Positions 20,876 through 30,747 of a stretch of DNA of 49,150 nt are shown here, piece after piece. This DNA comes from an uncultured Clostridia bacterium (lineage in GTDB: Bacteria > Bacillota > Clostridia > TANB77 > CAG-508). A program made the translations under genes and the position numbers. Every line of letters begins with the position of its first letter. Positions within the stretch are counted from its first letter, which is position 1. The DNA lies in NCBI GenBank assembly GCA_944386775.1, contig CALXCJ010000005.1, positions 1-49,150 on the forward strand, given 5' to 3'. The notes under the pieces are model-generated. The model made no database searches. It worked only from the letters and a program-made list of their open reading frames with translations, and was not told where the DNA came from.

Positions 20876-23612
20876 CTTCCCAAAAATTTGCAAACGATTA
20901 TACTCATGTCATCTTTTGGCATTCCAAAGTTGTTGTCTATTGCTTCGTTTAGTATTAGGTCTGCTATTTTTTTGGTGTTTGTTGTTTGTATGTCTTCTAA
21001 CATATATTTTATCCATAGTTCTTTGTTTCTATATTCTATGTTGGAGTCTAGTATTCCGTCTGAGCAGATGATCATTATGTCTCCTGCTACTATGTCTCGG
21101 TCCATTATTTGTAGGTTGTTGTGGTTTATTATTCCGGCTGGTAGTGAGTTTGCTTTTAGTATTTGTACTTTTTTTCCGTTTTTTATATATGTTGGGCAAG
21201 CTCCGGCTTTTTATGAATTCTATTGTTCCTGTGTATAGGTCTATTATTGCTATGTCTAGTGTTGCAAATATTTCTTCGTTTTTGTTTATTAGGCTTGTGT
21301 TTATTAGTTCGATTGATGCGGTTTTGTCGAATCCTGATAGTAGTAGGTTTTCTAGCATTTTTAGGGCTTCTTTGCTACTTTCTTTGGCTTTGCTTCCAGA
21401 GCCCATGCCGTCGCTTAGTGCTACTAGGTATTTGCCGTCTTTTAATCTTATGTTTAAAATACTGTCCCCTGATATATTTGTTTTGTTTTTTGATGTTTCT
21501 GATATTCCTATTGCCATTACGAATTTATCTTCTGATAAGAAGTTTAGCCTATTTCCTAGGCTTGCTTCTTCGTTGTATACTATTTTTTCGCCTAGTATTT
21601 CAGATAGTATTTTTTCGAATGTTTCTATATTTTTTAGGTTTGCGTCTTCTAGATATATTTCTATTAAGAATCTGTCTTTTCTTTTTATTGATATTTCTTG
21701 GATTTGTATTTCTTTTTGTTTTAGTAGTTCTATTATTTTTCTTTTTTCTGGCTCAAATTTTTCTTCTTCTTTGATGTCTTTTTCTATGTCTTGTGCTAGG
21801 TTTGAGATTGCTTTTGATACTCCTTTTAGCTGTACTTGCATATTTTTTTTGTTTTCTTCTAGACGTTTCATCCATACAAAGTTTGTTTTACTTATTTTGT
21901 ATGACATGTTTATTACTCTTAGCATTTGGGTGATGTTTTCTTCTAAGTATGAGCTTATTTGAGTGTCGTCAAATCCTACTATGTAACTGTTACATTCTTG
22001 GAATATTGTAAGTAAGTCTTTTCTTTCTATTTTTTGTTTGTCTAGTAATGTATTGAATATTTTGTCGACTATTATGCCGTCTACTTGTGAGATGTCGTCA
22101 TATAGCATGTTTTGTTCATATCCTTCTAGGTTGTCTAATAGTTCTTGAACAAAGATTTCTTTGTTTTGGGCTTTTTCTTTATTTTTTTCATTTTCTATTT
22201 TTATTTTGTTTTCTTCATTTTCTAAAGCTCCATTATTTATATCATTTATATTACTTATATCATTTATATCATATATATTTTTAATATTATTTATTTTATT
22301 TTGCATTAGCTTGGCTATATCTTTTGGTGTTTTGTAGCTTTCTGATGCTTTATAGCTTTCTGATGTTTTATAGTTTCCTGATGCTTTGTAAGTTTCTGAT
22401 GTTTTGTAACCTTCTGGCATTTCATAACCTTGCGTTTTTTTGTAATTTTCTGCTGTTTCATAGCTTTGTGTTGTTCCGTAACTTGGTGCTGTTTTGTAAC
22501 TTTCTGCCATTTGGTCTATTGTTTCTGATACATTGTTTAGTTTTGTTGCCATTTCTTTGCTGTTTGTTAATGCTCTATTTGGAAATACCGGGAAGAATTT
22601 TGAGTTTCCTATAAATTCTTCTATGTTTATTTTTATAGATTTTGGCACTGCAAGTAGTCCTATTGATGCAACTAGTATTTCTTTGAAGTGTATAAGTTCT
22701 ACTGTATAGCCATTTGAAACATATGCTAAGACTATATTTCCTAGACAAAAACCTATTATTACTCCTGGCTTTCCAAACCTGTTTAATATTCCTGCTATCA
22801 TTCCAGATATTGCAAATGCTGCAACTTGCATTGGGTCTGATGATGTGATTACGCCTAAAGTGACTCCTATTGTGACTCCTGCTGTTGTTCCAACTAGTAT
22901 TCCATTTTTCCAGCCTAGTATTAGTACAATTAAGATACTTAAGACATTTCTAATTGAAAATCCAAATATACTTAAATTTTCAAAACAAGTGATTGCTATT
23001 GCAAGCATTAGGCTTGCTCCTAATACTTCTTCTATTGAAAATACTTTGTGTTTTGTAAAATCTTGCAATACTCCTATTGAGTTTACAAATATTTTATAAA
23101 ATACTACTGCAATCATTGAAAATGATATAGTGTATAAAATATCATATACTGTAAATCCTGACATTCCAATTTTAGCTATTCCGGACAATTAGTGTTGATA
23201 TAAATACATTTTTTGATAGTTTTATTTTTTCGTTTTTTTCTTCTTCATTATACCTTGGTCTAAATAGAAATACTGAAACTATTGCAACAAGTGCCATTAA
23301 TAAGTAGTCAAGTAGCCCTTCTACCCCAAACCTAATTAAAGAACCTATCAAGCCTGTTATGGCAATTCCAAGTATTGGAATTGAGTTTCCTATTCCTGCC
23401 ATCATTACACTTATTCCAAATGGTGCAAATTCTCCATTTATTCCAACCATGGAAATCATTAGTGATACTATATATATTACTATGTATTTTGCTGATAATA
23501 CATCTGAAAAAAGGTTGATTTTTCTTTTATCTTTATTTTCTTTTTTCACATCATATGTGTCTTTATTAATTGTATTTTCGCCTAGTGCACTTTCATTTAT
23601 ATTTTGAAACAT
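20860..23612 (-). CDS. spoIIE: Stage II sporulation protein E (membrane PP2C phosphatase), interrupted by two +1 frameshifts at CGG (23181-23183, 21203-21205); ~916 aa if rejoined
   Basis: Multi-TM N-terminus (APFGIS); PP2C motifs ISGDS, ALSDGMGSG, FATLDIAIIDLY, CSDGILD, DDMSIIV spread over three track ORFs. The junctions GTC CGG AAT and AGC CGG AGC rejoin as VGIAK and EFIKSGACPTYIK when one base is skipped. ATG 23612 follows GAGGTGG. Confidence 0.88.
22322..22504 (-). repeat. 18-bp tandem repeat (hexapeptide xYKxxx, ~10 copies) inserted in spoIIE
   Basis: SYKTAP SYGTTQ SYETAE NYKKTQ GYEMPE GYKTSE TYKASG NYKTSE SYKASE SYKTPK. Confidence 0.85.
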
Positions 23613-23832
23613 CCTTACCACCTCTTAAACTTTTTTATATGCATTATTTTACTACTTGTCCATCACGTTTTTTGTCTTTTTTAGTAGGCATATTTAAAAA
23701 AGTTTTCTACTTTTTGTGATATATAATTTATTTTTATTCTTATTTTTTCCAAATTATATTACGTATTTTATTATAATTTGATAGAAAATGCAAGAATTTA
23801 TTAAAAATTTACATTTGGTCGAGAAATGGAAT

Positions 23833-24095
23833 GTTACAATTCACAGCCGTAATTTTCAAATGTAGAGTAGCCCTCTAAGTCTTTATTTATATAAAATTTA
23901 TGTAATGACGAATGCGATTGGAGTGATTGTAGCCCTTCTTAATATAAAATAAATGAGGAAGCGCGAAGGATGTAGCGAGAGGCTCGTTTGTTTTATATTT
24001 AGAAGGGCTAAATCACGTATTGAGCCGAGGAATGGAATAAATTTTATATAAATAAAGCCTTAGAGGGCGGTCTCTTTTAAGCCGTAAATTGTAAC
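23833..24095. other. ~260-bp long imperfect hairpin element (candidate structured ncRNA or MITE-like element)
   Basis: Stem 23870-23901/24037-24068 (32 bp, 1 mismatch); inner stem 23930-23957/23983-24010; outer IR GTTACAATT/AATTGTAAC; purine-rich internal loops. Confidence 0.6.
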
Positions 24096-24131
24096 TTACT
24101 TTTTGTTACTTTAGATTTTTTTATACGCAAT

Positions 24132-24614
24132 CTATTTTTTTGATTTTCTCATCAAAATTAAAACAGGTGCTCCACATACAACACTAAGTCCAATCAAAAT
24201 TACTCCTAATATTACTCCACTACTTACTGGAACATCTTGTGTAACTCTTGCATATGTTTCAGGGTTTTGGCTATCTATATAAAGTTCATATTCGGTTCCT
24301 TCTGGATTTTTTTGTGTTTTTCCGTCAAATGTTGAAATTTTGCTACTATAGTACTTACCATTATAGTACCATTCATAATATTTAGTAGAATATTTTGAAC
24401 CATCCTGGGCTACTCTATTTGGTGAATATAATTTTGCAGTTACTATTGTATTTTGTTCTTTTAATTCATTATAAGTTTGCACATCACCTATTCCTTTAAA
24501 TATCATAATTACACCTAAAATAAAAAATATTGCAATTAGTATTAGTATTGTTTTAAATTTTCCTTTTCGTATTAAATCATATCCAATTCCAATTCCTGGT
24601 CTATTTATATCCAT
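24132..24614 (-). CDS. Two-TM membrane protein (DUF3592-like)
   Basis: TM, beta-rich loop (YEWYYNGKYY...YELYIDSQNPE), TM; AAGGAGGG RBS. Confidence 0.7.
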   Translation of the reverse strand: MDINRPGIGIGYDLIRKGKFKTILILIAIFFILGVIMIFKGIGDVQTYNELKEQNTIVTAKLYSPNRVAQDGSKYSTKYYEWYYNGKYYSSKISTFDGKTQKNPEGTEYELYIDSQNPETYARVTQDVPVSSGVILGVILIGLSVVCGAPVLILMRKSKK

Positions 24615-24822
24615 TCTTATCCCTCCTTTATAACTTAAATACTTATTTTTCTAACATAATTTATCTTTGTTTTTATCTTTTGAATTTAATAACATTTTTA
24701 ATATACACGCAAGAATAAATTATATTATTTTTTATATTTATAATTTTATATCAAAATATAAATATAATTCATTTTTTATTTTATATTTATAAAATACTAA
24801 TAATAATTCTTTTTTATTTATA

Positions 24823-24852
24823 TAATCCCCCAAAAATTTTTTTGAGGGATTA
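24823..24852 (-). terminator. Probable terminator of the second surface-protein operon
   Basis: TAATCCC-c-CAAAA...TTTTG-a-GGGATTA hairpin ~105 bp downstream of the stop at 24958. Confidence 0.55.
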
Positions 24853-24858
24853 CTTTAT

Positions 24859-24968
24859 AAATGAATCTTATTTATAATAATTGTATTTAAATGATTTTTA
24901 CTTAAATAAATTGTGTCTAAATGATTTTCATTTTAAAGAATTGTATTTAAATGAATCTTATTTAAATT
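24859..24968. repeat. Degenerate 30-bp (15-bp sub-period) AT-rich tandem repeat overlapping the stop of the B2 gene
   Basis: ATGAATCTTATTTATAATAATTGTATTTAA / ATGATTTTTACTTAAATAAATTGTGTCTAA / ATGATTTTCATTTTAAAGAATTGTATTTAA / ATGAATCTTATTTAAA. Confidence 0.7.
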
Positions 24969-27900
24969 CACGCTTCATTATCTTTACTACTATCAAATAT
25001 GTTCCTACTCCTATCATAATAAATGTTATGATTAAAACTGTTATAGGTAATACAATATTTCTATTTGAACCTGTATTTGGTGTTATTATTAGTTCTTCTG
25101 ATACTGAGTCGTCACTTTCTTGATCTGTTAGGTTTGGTGTGTAGTTACCTGGTGTTAGTTCAACTATTTTGCTTCCTCCTGGTTTTGATGCAAGTACTAC
25201 TTCTAATTGATTCATAAAGTTTGCATCTTCTGATGATGATAATACTTTTTGTGTTTCCATATATATGTTGCTATTTTCTAGGTTATTTAATGTATTATTT
25301 AAGTAATATGCTGGTTTTACATATATATTGCTGTCTTTGTAGTATTTAGTAACAAATATTTGTACTGGGTCTAATGGTTTTCCATTTGCATCTATTCCAG
25401 TTTGTAACCTTGTTATTACATCTTGTTCTACTAGTCTTGCGTTTCTTAGTTGTTCTATTGTATATCCTTCCCAACCATATTGTTCATTTATTGTGCTTCC
25501 TATTTTTAGTGAAGAGTTTTGGTCTAGGTAGTCTACCATCATTGATGGTGATATTCCTACTATGTCTGCTAGTTTTGCACTTTGTTCATTTGGTCTTGAT
25601 GTATAGTATTCTTCTCCAAAGTTATAGTATCCTTGTGATGTATAGTCTGTTTCACTTGTGTTTTGTGTTGTAAATTTATATGCCATATCTATTGTTGCAC
25701 CTTGTATTAGTTCTGCATCTAGTTCTGCTCTCCATGTTCCGTTTACTATTTTTCCGTCTACTACTGTTGGGCTCATATATGTCATATATTGTGTTTGACC
25801 TTCTAAGTGTGCACCTTCTGCGTCTTCTACTAGTGTTGCATCTATTAGTACTTGTCCATTTGCAAGTGTTAGTTTTACTTTTTCTAGCGTTTTTGTTACA
25901 TTATAACTTTGTACTGGTCTTCTTATGATACCAAAGCTCATTTTTTCTACTTCGAATTTTATGCTGTCTGATATTCTGCTGTATTCTGATGGTAATTTGC
26001 CTTCTTCTGTTTTGTCATAAAATTCTATATGGAAGTCCATAATTGGTGTTTCTGATGTCATTTCATTTATATCAACTGTTGTTGTGTAGTTATAACCTTG
26101 GCTGTCATCTGTTACAGTATTTTTGTTTAGTTGTTCATCAATTTGCAATCTTGTTTCATAGTTGTCTAGTGCGTGTGATAGTTCTTTATTTAGGTATGGT
26201 TCTTCATTTGCGTCTGCAACTTTAGTAAAGAATGTTTGGTCTTGGGTTTCACTATTATTCATTTCTTCATCTATATTTGTTGCTTTATAGTTTTCTACCA
26301 TATCTGTGTATTCTTGAGTTGTGCCATCTACAATTTTGTATGTGCCATCTCCCCAAGTGTATTTTAGTACATATTTTCCTGGTGCAAAACCTCCTATTTC
26401 GTATTGACCATTTGTTCCTTCTGTTTCATCTATTGAGTCTTCCCATTGGTTTGTTGTTTCATTAAATACTCTTGCAACATTTTCTGTTACATTTCCTTCA
26501 TCATCTACTTCCATAAGTTGTACTTTTACACCACCTATGGCACTTTCATCACTGTCTAGTATTCCATTTCCTTCTCTTAGGTTTTTCTCTTCTAATATGT
26601 CTTCTTCTGCACTGTCTTCAAATACTGTTCCTGTAACTTCTCTTGCACTTGATAGTGTTAGGGCTATTGTTGGTGCTGTGTCTGTGTCATCTTCATATGT
26701 TGATTTTGTTCCTGGTGTACAGTTATTTGGAACAGAGTCTTTGTCTACTGCTGCATATAATCTCATACTATTTAGGTCATAATATGATGTGTATGATGTA
26801 ACTTCTGCTATATTTTCTAGTCTTTGTGGGTTACTTCCTTCTGCATCATCTAATAGGTCTATTACTGCATCATCATCTAATACAAATTGGATGTATACAT
26901 ATTTTTGTGTGTTGTTTTTGTCTTGTTCTTGGTTATTGCTTATTGATTTATCTACTAGTATGTTTGTTTCGATTGTTACTTTTTTGTATTTTCCATTTAC
27001 ATATGTATTAGAATCTATGTTGTAGTTTAATAGGTTTCCTACTGTTCCTGTGTTATCATCAAGTGTGGTTCCTATTGCTTCTATTTCATATCTTGCATCA
27101 TAGTAGTCTACTACTTGGTTTACTCTTCCTGCTATTGTTTCTTCATTTCTTATTGCTATTTTATATGTTAGTGCAACTTTTAGGTTTTCTGATGCTGGTA
27201 TTGGGTTTTCTGTGTCTTTTCCATAATATGCATCTGCTTTATATACTGGTCTTGTGTAAGATAGGCTACTATATTCATTTTGGAATCTTACTCCTACATT
27301 CCAAGCATTTTCTATGTAATAGTCATCTTCACTACTACTTGCATTTTCAAATCTGTTTGCATATTTATATATATGTCCATATCCTGCAACTTCTACTTTT
27401 ACATTGTCTAAGTCTTGCATTATTGCAAGGTCTGCTTGTGTTCTTAGGTATATTCCTAAGTTTACATTTTTTATTTCTGTTTCTGTTGATGTTCTGTCAT
27501 ATATTAGTACATATCCTGCATTTGTTGTTGTAGATGTTATTTTGCAAGCACTTGAGTCTGTAACTTCAGCTGTTGCATTTGCTGGGTCTAAAGTATATTT
27601 TATGTTATATTGTGTATTGTTATTTGCATCTTTTACAGAAACTGTATCTTGTGTTCCTCCATTTTCTACTTTTGCAAATTTATTGTTTAGTGTATCTCGG
27701 GCTGAGCCTTCTGCTGCTTTACTTCCGTTTGTTCTATCATTATGTACTATTACATTTTCATATTTTAAGCCATCATATTCAAATTCTATGTAATAACTTG
27801 ATAATTTATCTATTAATACATCTACAAATATGTAGCTTCCATCATTTGAAGTTGTTGTTTGCTGTAAGACATTATTTCCTTCTTTTAGTCTTACTATTAT

Positions 27901-30747
27901 ATTTCCTAAAAGTTTATCATTTGTATCATTTACATCATTTCTGTATAAGTCATTTCTTTCTGTTTCTTTTCCTCCTAGTGGTCCATCTTCCCATACATAT
28001 CCTGATACTTTTACATATACTTTTCTGTTTGTTATTGTTAAATTTGTTGTTTGCCTTTTTGCAACTGCTGCTGTTCTTACAGTAGAATCTACTGTATAAC
28101 CATAGTTTGGATTACTTACCTCCTGTACTTGGTAATTTCCAACCCATAGACTGTTTAATGTTATTAAACCTTGTGAGTTTGTTTTTACAGTTTGGTATGT
28201 TGTTGAATATGCTACATTTCCGCTTGAGTCTTGGTATACATATTGACCGTTTCTTTGTCCACTTGTTGCTCTTACTGTAAATTCTACATTTGCAAGTTTT
28301 ATTGCACTATTGTCTGCATCTATTTTTAGTATGCTTAAGTTTCCAAGTTGATATTCATTTTGTACTTGTACAGTTGCAGTTTGCCTTTTTGTTACTTGTG
28401 CATATCTTGGTGTACTATTTACTAAATATCCGTAGTTTGGGTTATTTACTTCTATTATTTCGTAATTTCCAACCCATATATTATTTAGTGTTATTGTTCC
28501 ACTTGAGTTTGTTCTTACAGTTTGTCTTGATGATGAGTATCCTACTGTTCCATTTGCATTTAAGTATAAATAGTTTCCATTTGCTTGTCCACTTGTTGCT
28601 CTTACTGTAAATTCTACATTTGCTAAGTTTGCACCTGTGTCTTGGTCATATTTTCTTATACTTAAATTACCATATTGGTAAGTGTTATTTATTCTTTGGT
28701 ATGAGCTTGTATTTGTTGAGACTGTTACAGGTGATGTATTTAATACATATCCTGAATTTGGGTTTGATGTTTCGTATGCTCTGTAACTTCCAAGTAATAC
28801 TCCTGTTACTGTTAAATTTCCGTTTCCATCTGTTCTAAATTCTGTTGCACTACTTGCACTATCTACATAACTTATAGTTCCATTTGAACTTCTTACATAT
28901 TTTCCTGTACTTACATTTTGGAATTTGAATCCTACATTTGCAAGTCCTGCTCCTGTGTCTGTATCTTTTTTGGTTATGTAAATATTTCCTACAACTTTTC
29001 TGTTATATACAACTGTTGTGCTATAACCTTGTATATTGTATGACCAAGCTGCAACTTCTGAATTTGGGTTTGGTGTTCTTCCTATAAAATTTTCATATAA
29101 TCTTATAATTAAATTTTGTCTGTAACTTTCAGTGTTTTGATAATTATTAGTAAATTCCTGAGAGTCTACCAAACCATTAATTACATTCATTTGTGAAGTA
29201 GGGTTTCTTCCTTGGTCTAATTGTGCTTTCCAACCGGCTAAACCTCCACTATCTGCTTCTCTACCAAGTATTGCTCTATATGCCACTTTTACAAAGTCTT
29301 CATTACTTAGAGCTGCCATTCTATTTTGCGAAGTCTGGTCAAGATATATATTTCTTACTGACGCTCTAGAAAGTGTAAGAGAATCATATCCTGAATATGA
29401 AATAATTGTAAAATTTGTTCCATTAGCAGGTATTACTTGGCATTGCTCATATCCTGAGTTTGGATTAGAAACTTCGTAATATTGGTAAGTTCCATATGGT
29501 ATATTACTTAATGTAATTTCTCCATTTCCATCTGTTGTAAATATTGTGTTATCATTTACATTTGTTGTGAAAGTTCCATCTGTTTTTAGATATTGCCCAT
29601 CTTTTGTAAATCTGAATTGTACATTTGCAAGCCTTGCTCCTGTGTCATTGTCTAATTTTATTAGTTTGAAATTTGCTACTGGGTTTTCTGCTTGTAATGT
29701 TATTGTTTGCTGAAATGTTTTTGGGTTTCCTTGGTATGCTACTGTATTTTGACATCTTGAAGCACTACCACTATATGTTGCAAAAAACATAATTCTTGCT
29801 TGATATCCTGTAAATTGTTTTGTAAGGTTTATATCTACTGCACTAGTTAATGGTCTGTCTAGTACTATATAAAAATCTTCATTATGTGGTATTTGAAGCA
29901 GATCACCATTTACTTGTCCATCTACTGATGTTGCAAATCCTAATACATTATATCCTGAAGCACTTGCGGTTATAGATGAACCTTCTTTATTTTCTATTCT
30001 AAATGGTCCTACATAATTTTGTGAAGCTCCTGATGCTTTACCTTTTTCTGTTGAGACTTTGCTAAATCTATAGTTTTCTACTGAGTCTGCATAAGCGTTT
30101 GCTTGATCTCTCATATTTTTTGAGTCACCTGGCCAAGTTCCATATAAAGATTCATTTGAAAAGGCTGTTGTTAGTCCAAGCTCACTGTTCCAACTAGATA
30201 ACCATTGGTATATATATCTTGCAAAAAGCATTTTATATGCATATGAACTTCCAGCATTTACTGCTAAGTATGCCATTTGTGCTACTGGTGAATTTAAATC
30301 TTTTGCATAATATACACTCCAAGGGTTTTTTCCATATGATATTACTGAACCTGCAAAACCTTTATTTGGATTTCTATCATCTACCCAAGATGTATCTATA
30401 TCTATAATTGTTTGTATTTCATAATATGCACTTGAGGAAATAATTGGTGTGTTACCGTGACCTGCACATGCTCCATTATACTGTCCTCCATAAATGTATG
30501 AGTCATAAATGTCTACCCATACTTCTTTACCTATTACACTGCTTGGATCAAAATCATATAATGTTCCTGATCTACCTCTTAATACGAAATCATATTCAGT
30601 AACTCGATTTCCAGAGATGTTAGATCTTCCTCCTACATCCCATTCATTACCTAATAAATCGGCGGCGGCTTTAACTATACTTCCAAAACCGAAAAGTATT
30701 ATTATAAAGAATAATAAAATAATTATTTTATAAATTTTTTTAGTCAT
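24958..30747 (-). CDS. Surface protein B2 (1929 aa): signal peptide, variable N-terminal domain, SpaA/prealbumin-like repeats, DUF4214-like insert, SdrD-B-like domains, C-terminal PNTG-TM-basic tail
   Basis: KLDNDTGARLANVQF..TTDGNGEI..YEV repeats; FVKVAYRAILGREADSGGLAGW; VSGYVWED; ITPNTG followed by a TM and KIMKREFK. Confidence 0.85.
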   Translation of the reverse strand: MTKKIYKIIILLFFIIILFGFGSIVKAAADLLGNEWDVGGRSNISGNRVTEYDFVLRGRSGTLYDFDPSSVIGKEVWVDIYDSYIYGGQYNGACAGHGNTPIISSSAYYEIQTIIDIDTSWVDDRNPNKGFAGSVISYGKNPWSVYYAKDLNSPVAQMAYLAVNAGSSYAYKMLFARYIYQWLSSWNSELGLTTAFSNESLYGTWPGDSKNMRDQANAYADSVENYRFSKVSTEKGKASGASQNYVGPFRIENKEGSSITASASGYNVLGFATSVDGQVNGDLLQIPHNEDFYIVLDRPLTSAVDINLTKQFTGYQARIMFFATYSGSASRCQNTVAYQGNPKTFQQTITLQAENPVANFKLIKLDNDTGARLANVQFRFTKDGQYLKTDGTFTTNVNDNTIFTTDGNGEITLSNIPYGTYQYYEVSNPNSGYEQCQVIPANGTNFTIISYSGYDSLTLSRASVRNIYLDQTSQNRMAALSNEDFVKVAYRAILGREADSGGLAGWKAQLDQGRNPTSQMNVINGLVDSQEFTNNYQNTESYRQNLIIRLYENFIGRTPNPNSEVAAWSYNIQGYSTTVVYNRKVVGNIYITKKDTDTGAGLANVGFKFQNVSTGKYVRSSNGTISYVDSASSATEFRTDGNGNLTVTGVLLGSYRAYETSNPNSGYVLNTSPVTVSTNTSSYQRINNTYQYGNLSIRKYDQDTGANLANVEFTVRATSGQANGNYLYLNANGTVGYSSSRQTVRTNSSGTITLNNIWVGNYEIIEVNNPNYGYLVNSTPRYAQVTKRQTATVQVQNEYQLGNLSILKIDADNSAIKLANVEFTVRATSGQRNGQYVYQDSSGNVAYSTTYQTVKTNSQGLITLNSLWVGNYQVQEVSNPNYGYTVDSTVRTAAVAKRQTTNLTITNRKVYVKVSGYVWEDGPLGGKETERNDLYRNDVNDTNDKLLGNIIVRLKEGNNVLQQTTTSNDGSYIFVDVLIDKLSSYYIEFEYDGLKYENVIVHNDRTNGSKAAEGSARDTLNNKFAKVENGGTQDTVSVKDANNNTQYNIKYTLDPANATAEVTDSSACKITSTTTNAGYVLIYDRTSTETEIKNVNLGIYLRTQADLAIMQDLDNVKVEVAGYGHIYKYANRFENASSSEDDYYIENAWNVGVRFQNEYSSLSYTRPVYKADAYYGKDTENPIPASENLKVALTYKIAIRNEETIAGRVNQVVDYYDARYEIEAIGTTLDDNTGTVGNLLNYNIDSNTYVNGKYKKVTIETNILVDKSISNNQEQDKNNTQKYVYIQFVLDDDAVIDLLDDAEGSNPQRLENIAEVTSYTSYYDLNSMRLYAAVDKDSVPNNCTPGTKSTYEDDTDTAPTIALTLSSAREVTGTVFEDSAEEDILEEKNLREGNGILDSDESAIGGVKVQLMEVDDEGNVTENVARVFNETTNQWEDSIDETEGTNGQYEIGGFAPGKYVLKYTWGDGTYKIVDGTTQEYTDMVENYKATNIDEEMNNSETQDQTFFTKVADANEEPYLNKELSHALDNYETRLQIDEQLNKNTVTDDSQGYNYTTTVDINEMTSETPIMDFHIEFYDKTEEGKLPSEYSRISDSIKFEVEKMSFGIIRRPVQSYNVTKTLEKVKLTLANGQVLIDATLVEDAEGAHLEGQTQYMTYMSPTVVDGKIVNGTWRAELDAELIQGATIDMAYKFTTQNTSETDYTSQGYYNFGEEYYTSRPNEQSAKLADIVGISPSMMVDYLDQNSSLKIGSTINEQYGWEGYTIEQLRNARLVEQDVITRLQTGIDANGKPLDPVQIFVTKYYKDSNIYVKPAYYLNNTLNNLENSNIYMETQKVLSSSEDANFMNQLEVVLASKPGGSKIVELTPGNYTPNLTDQESDDSVSEELIITPNTGSNRNIVLPITVLIITFIMIGVGTYLIVVKIMKREFK

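Noticed and set aside
21133..21136. CCGG in the last spoIIE segment as a third frameshift
   Set aside because: It reads GCC GGA (LPAGII) in frame with the downstream MDRDI, so no shift is needed.
20860..23621. spoIIE and the AAA gene as ordinary pseudogenes or as separate small genes
   Set aside because: All three breaks share the NNC-CGG-A signature with no other decay, which random inactivation would not be expected to produce. A systematic sequencing error is not excluded and is listed as the refuting test.
23622..23830. Spo0A boxes upstream of spoIIE
   Set aside because: Expected from biology, but no clean TGNCGAA match was found by eye; only degenerate candidates.
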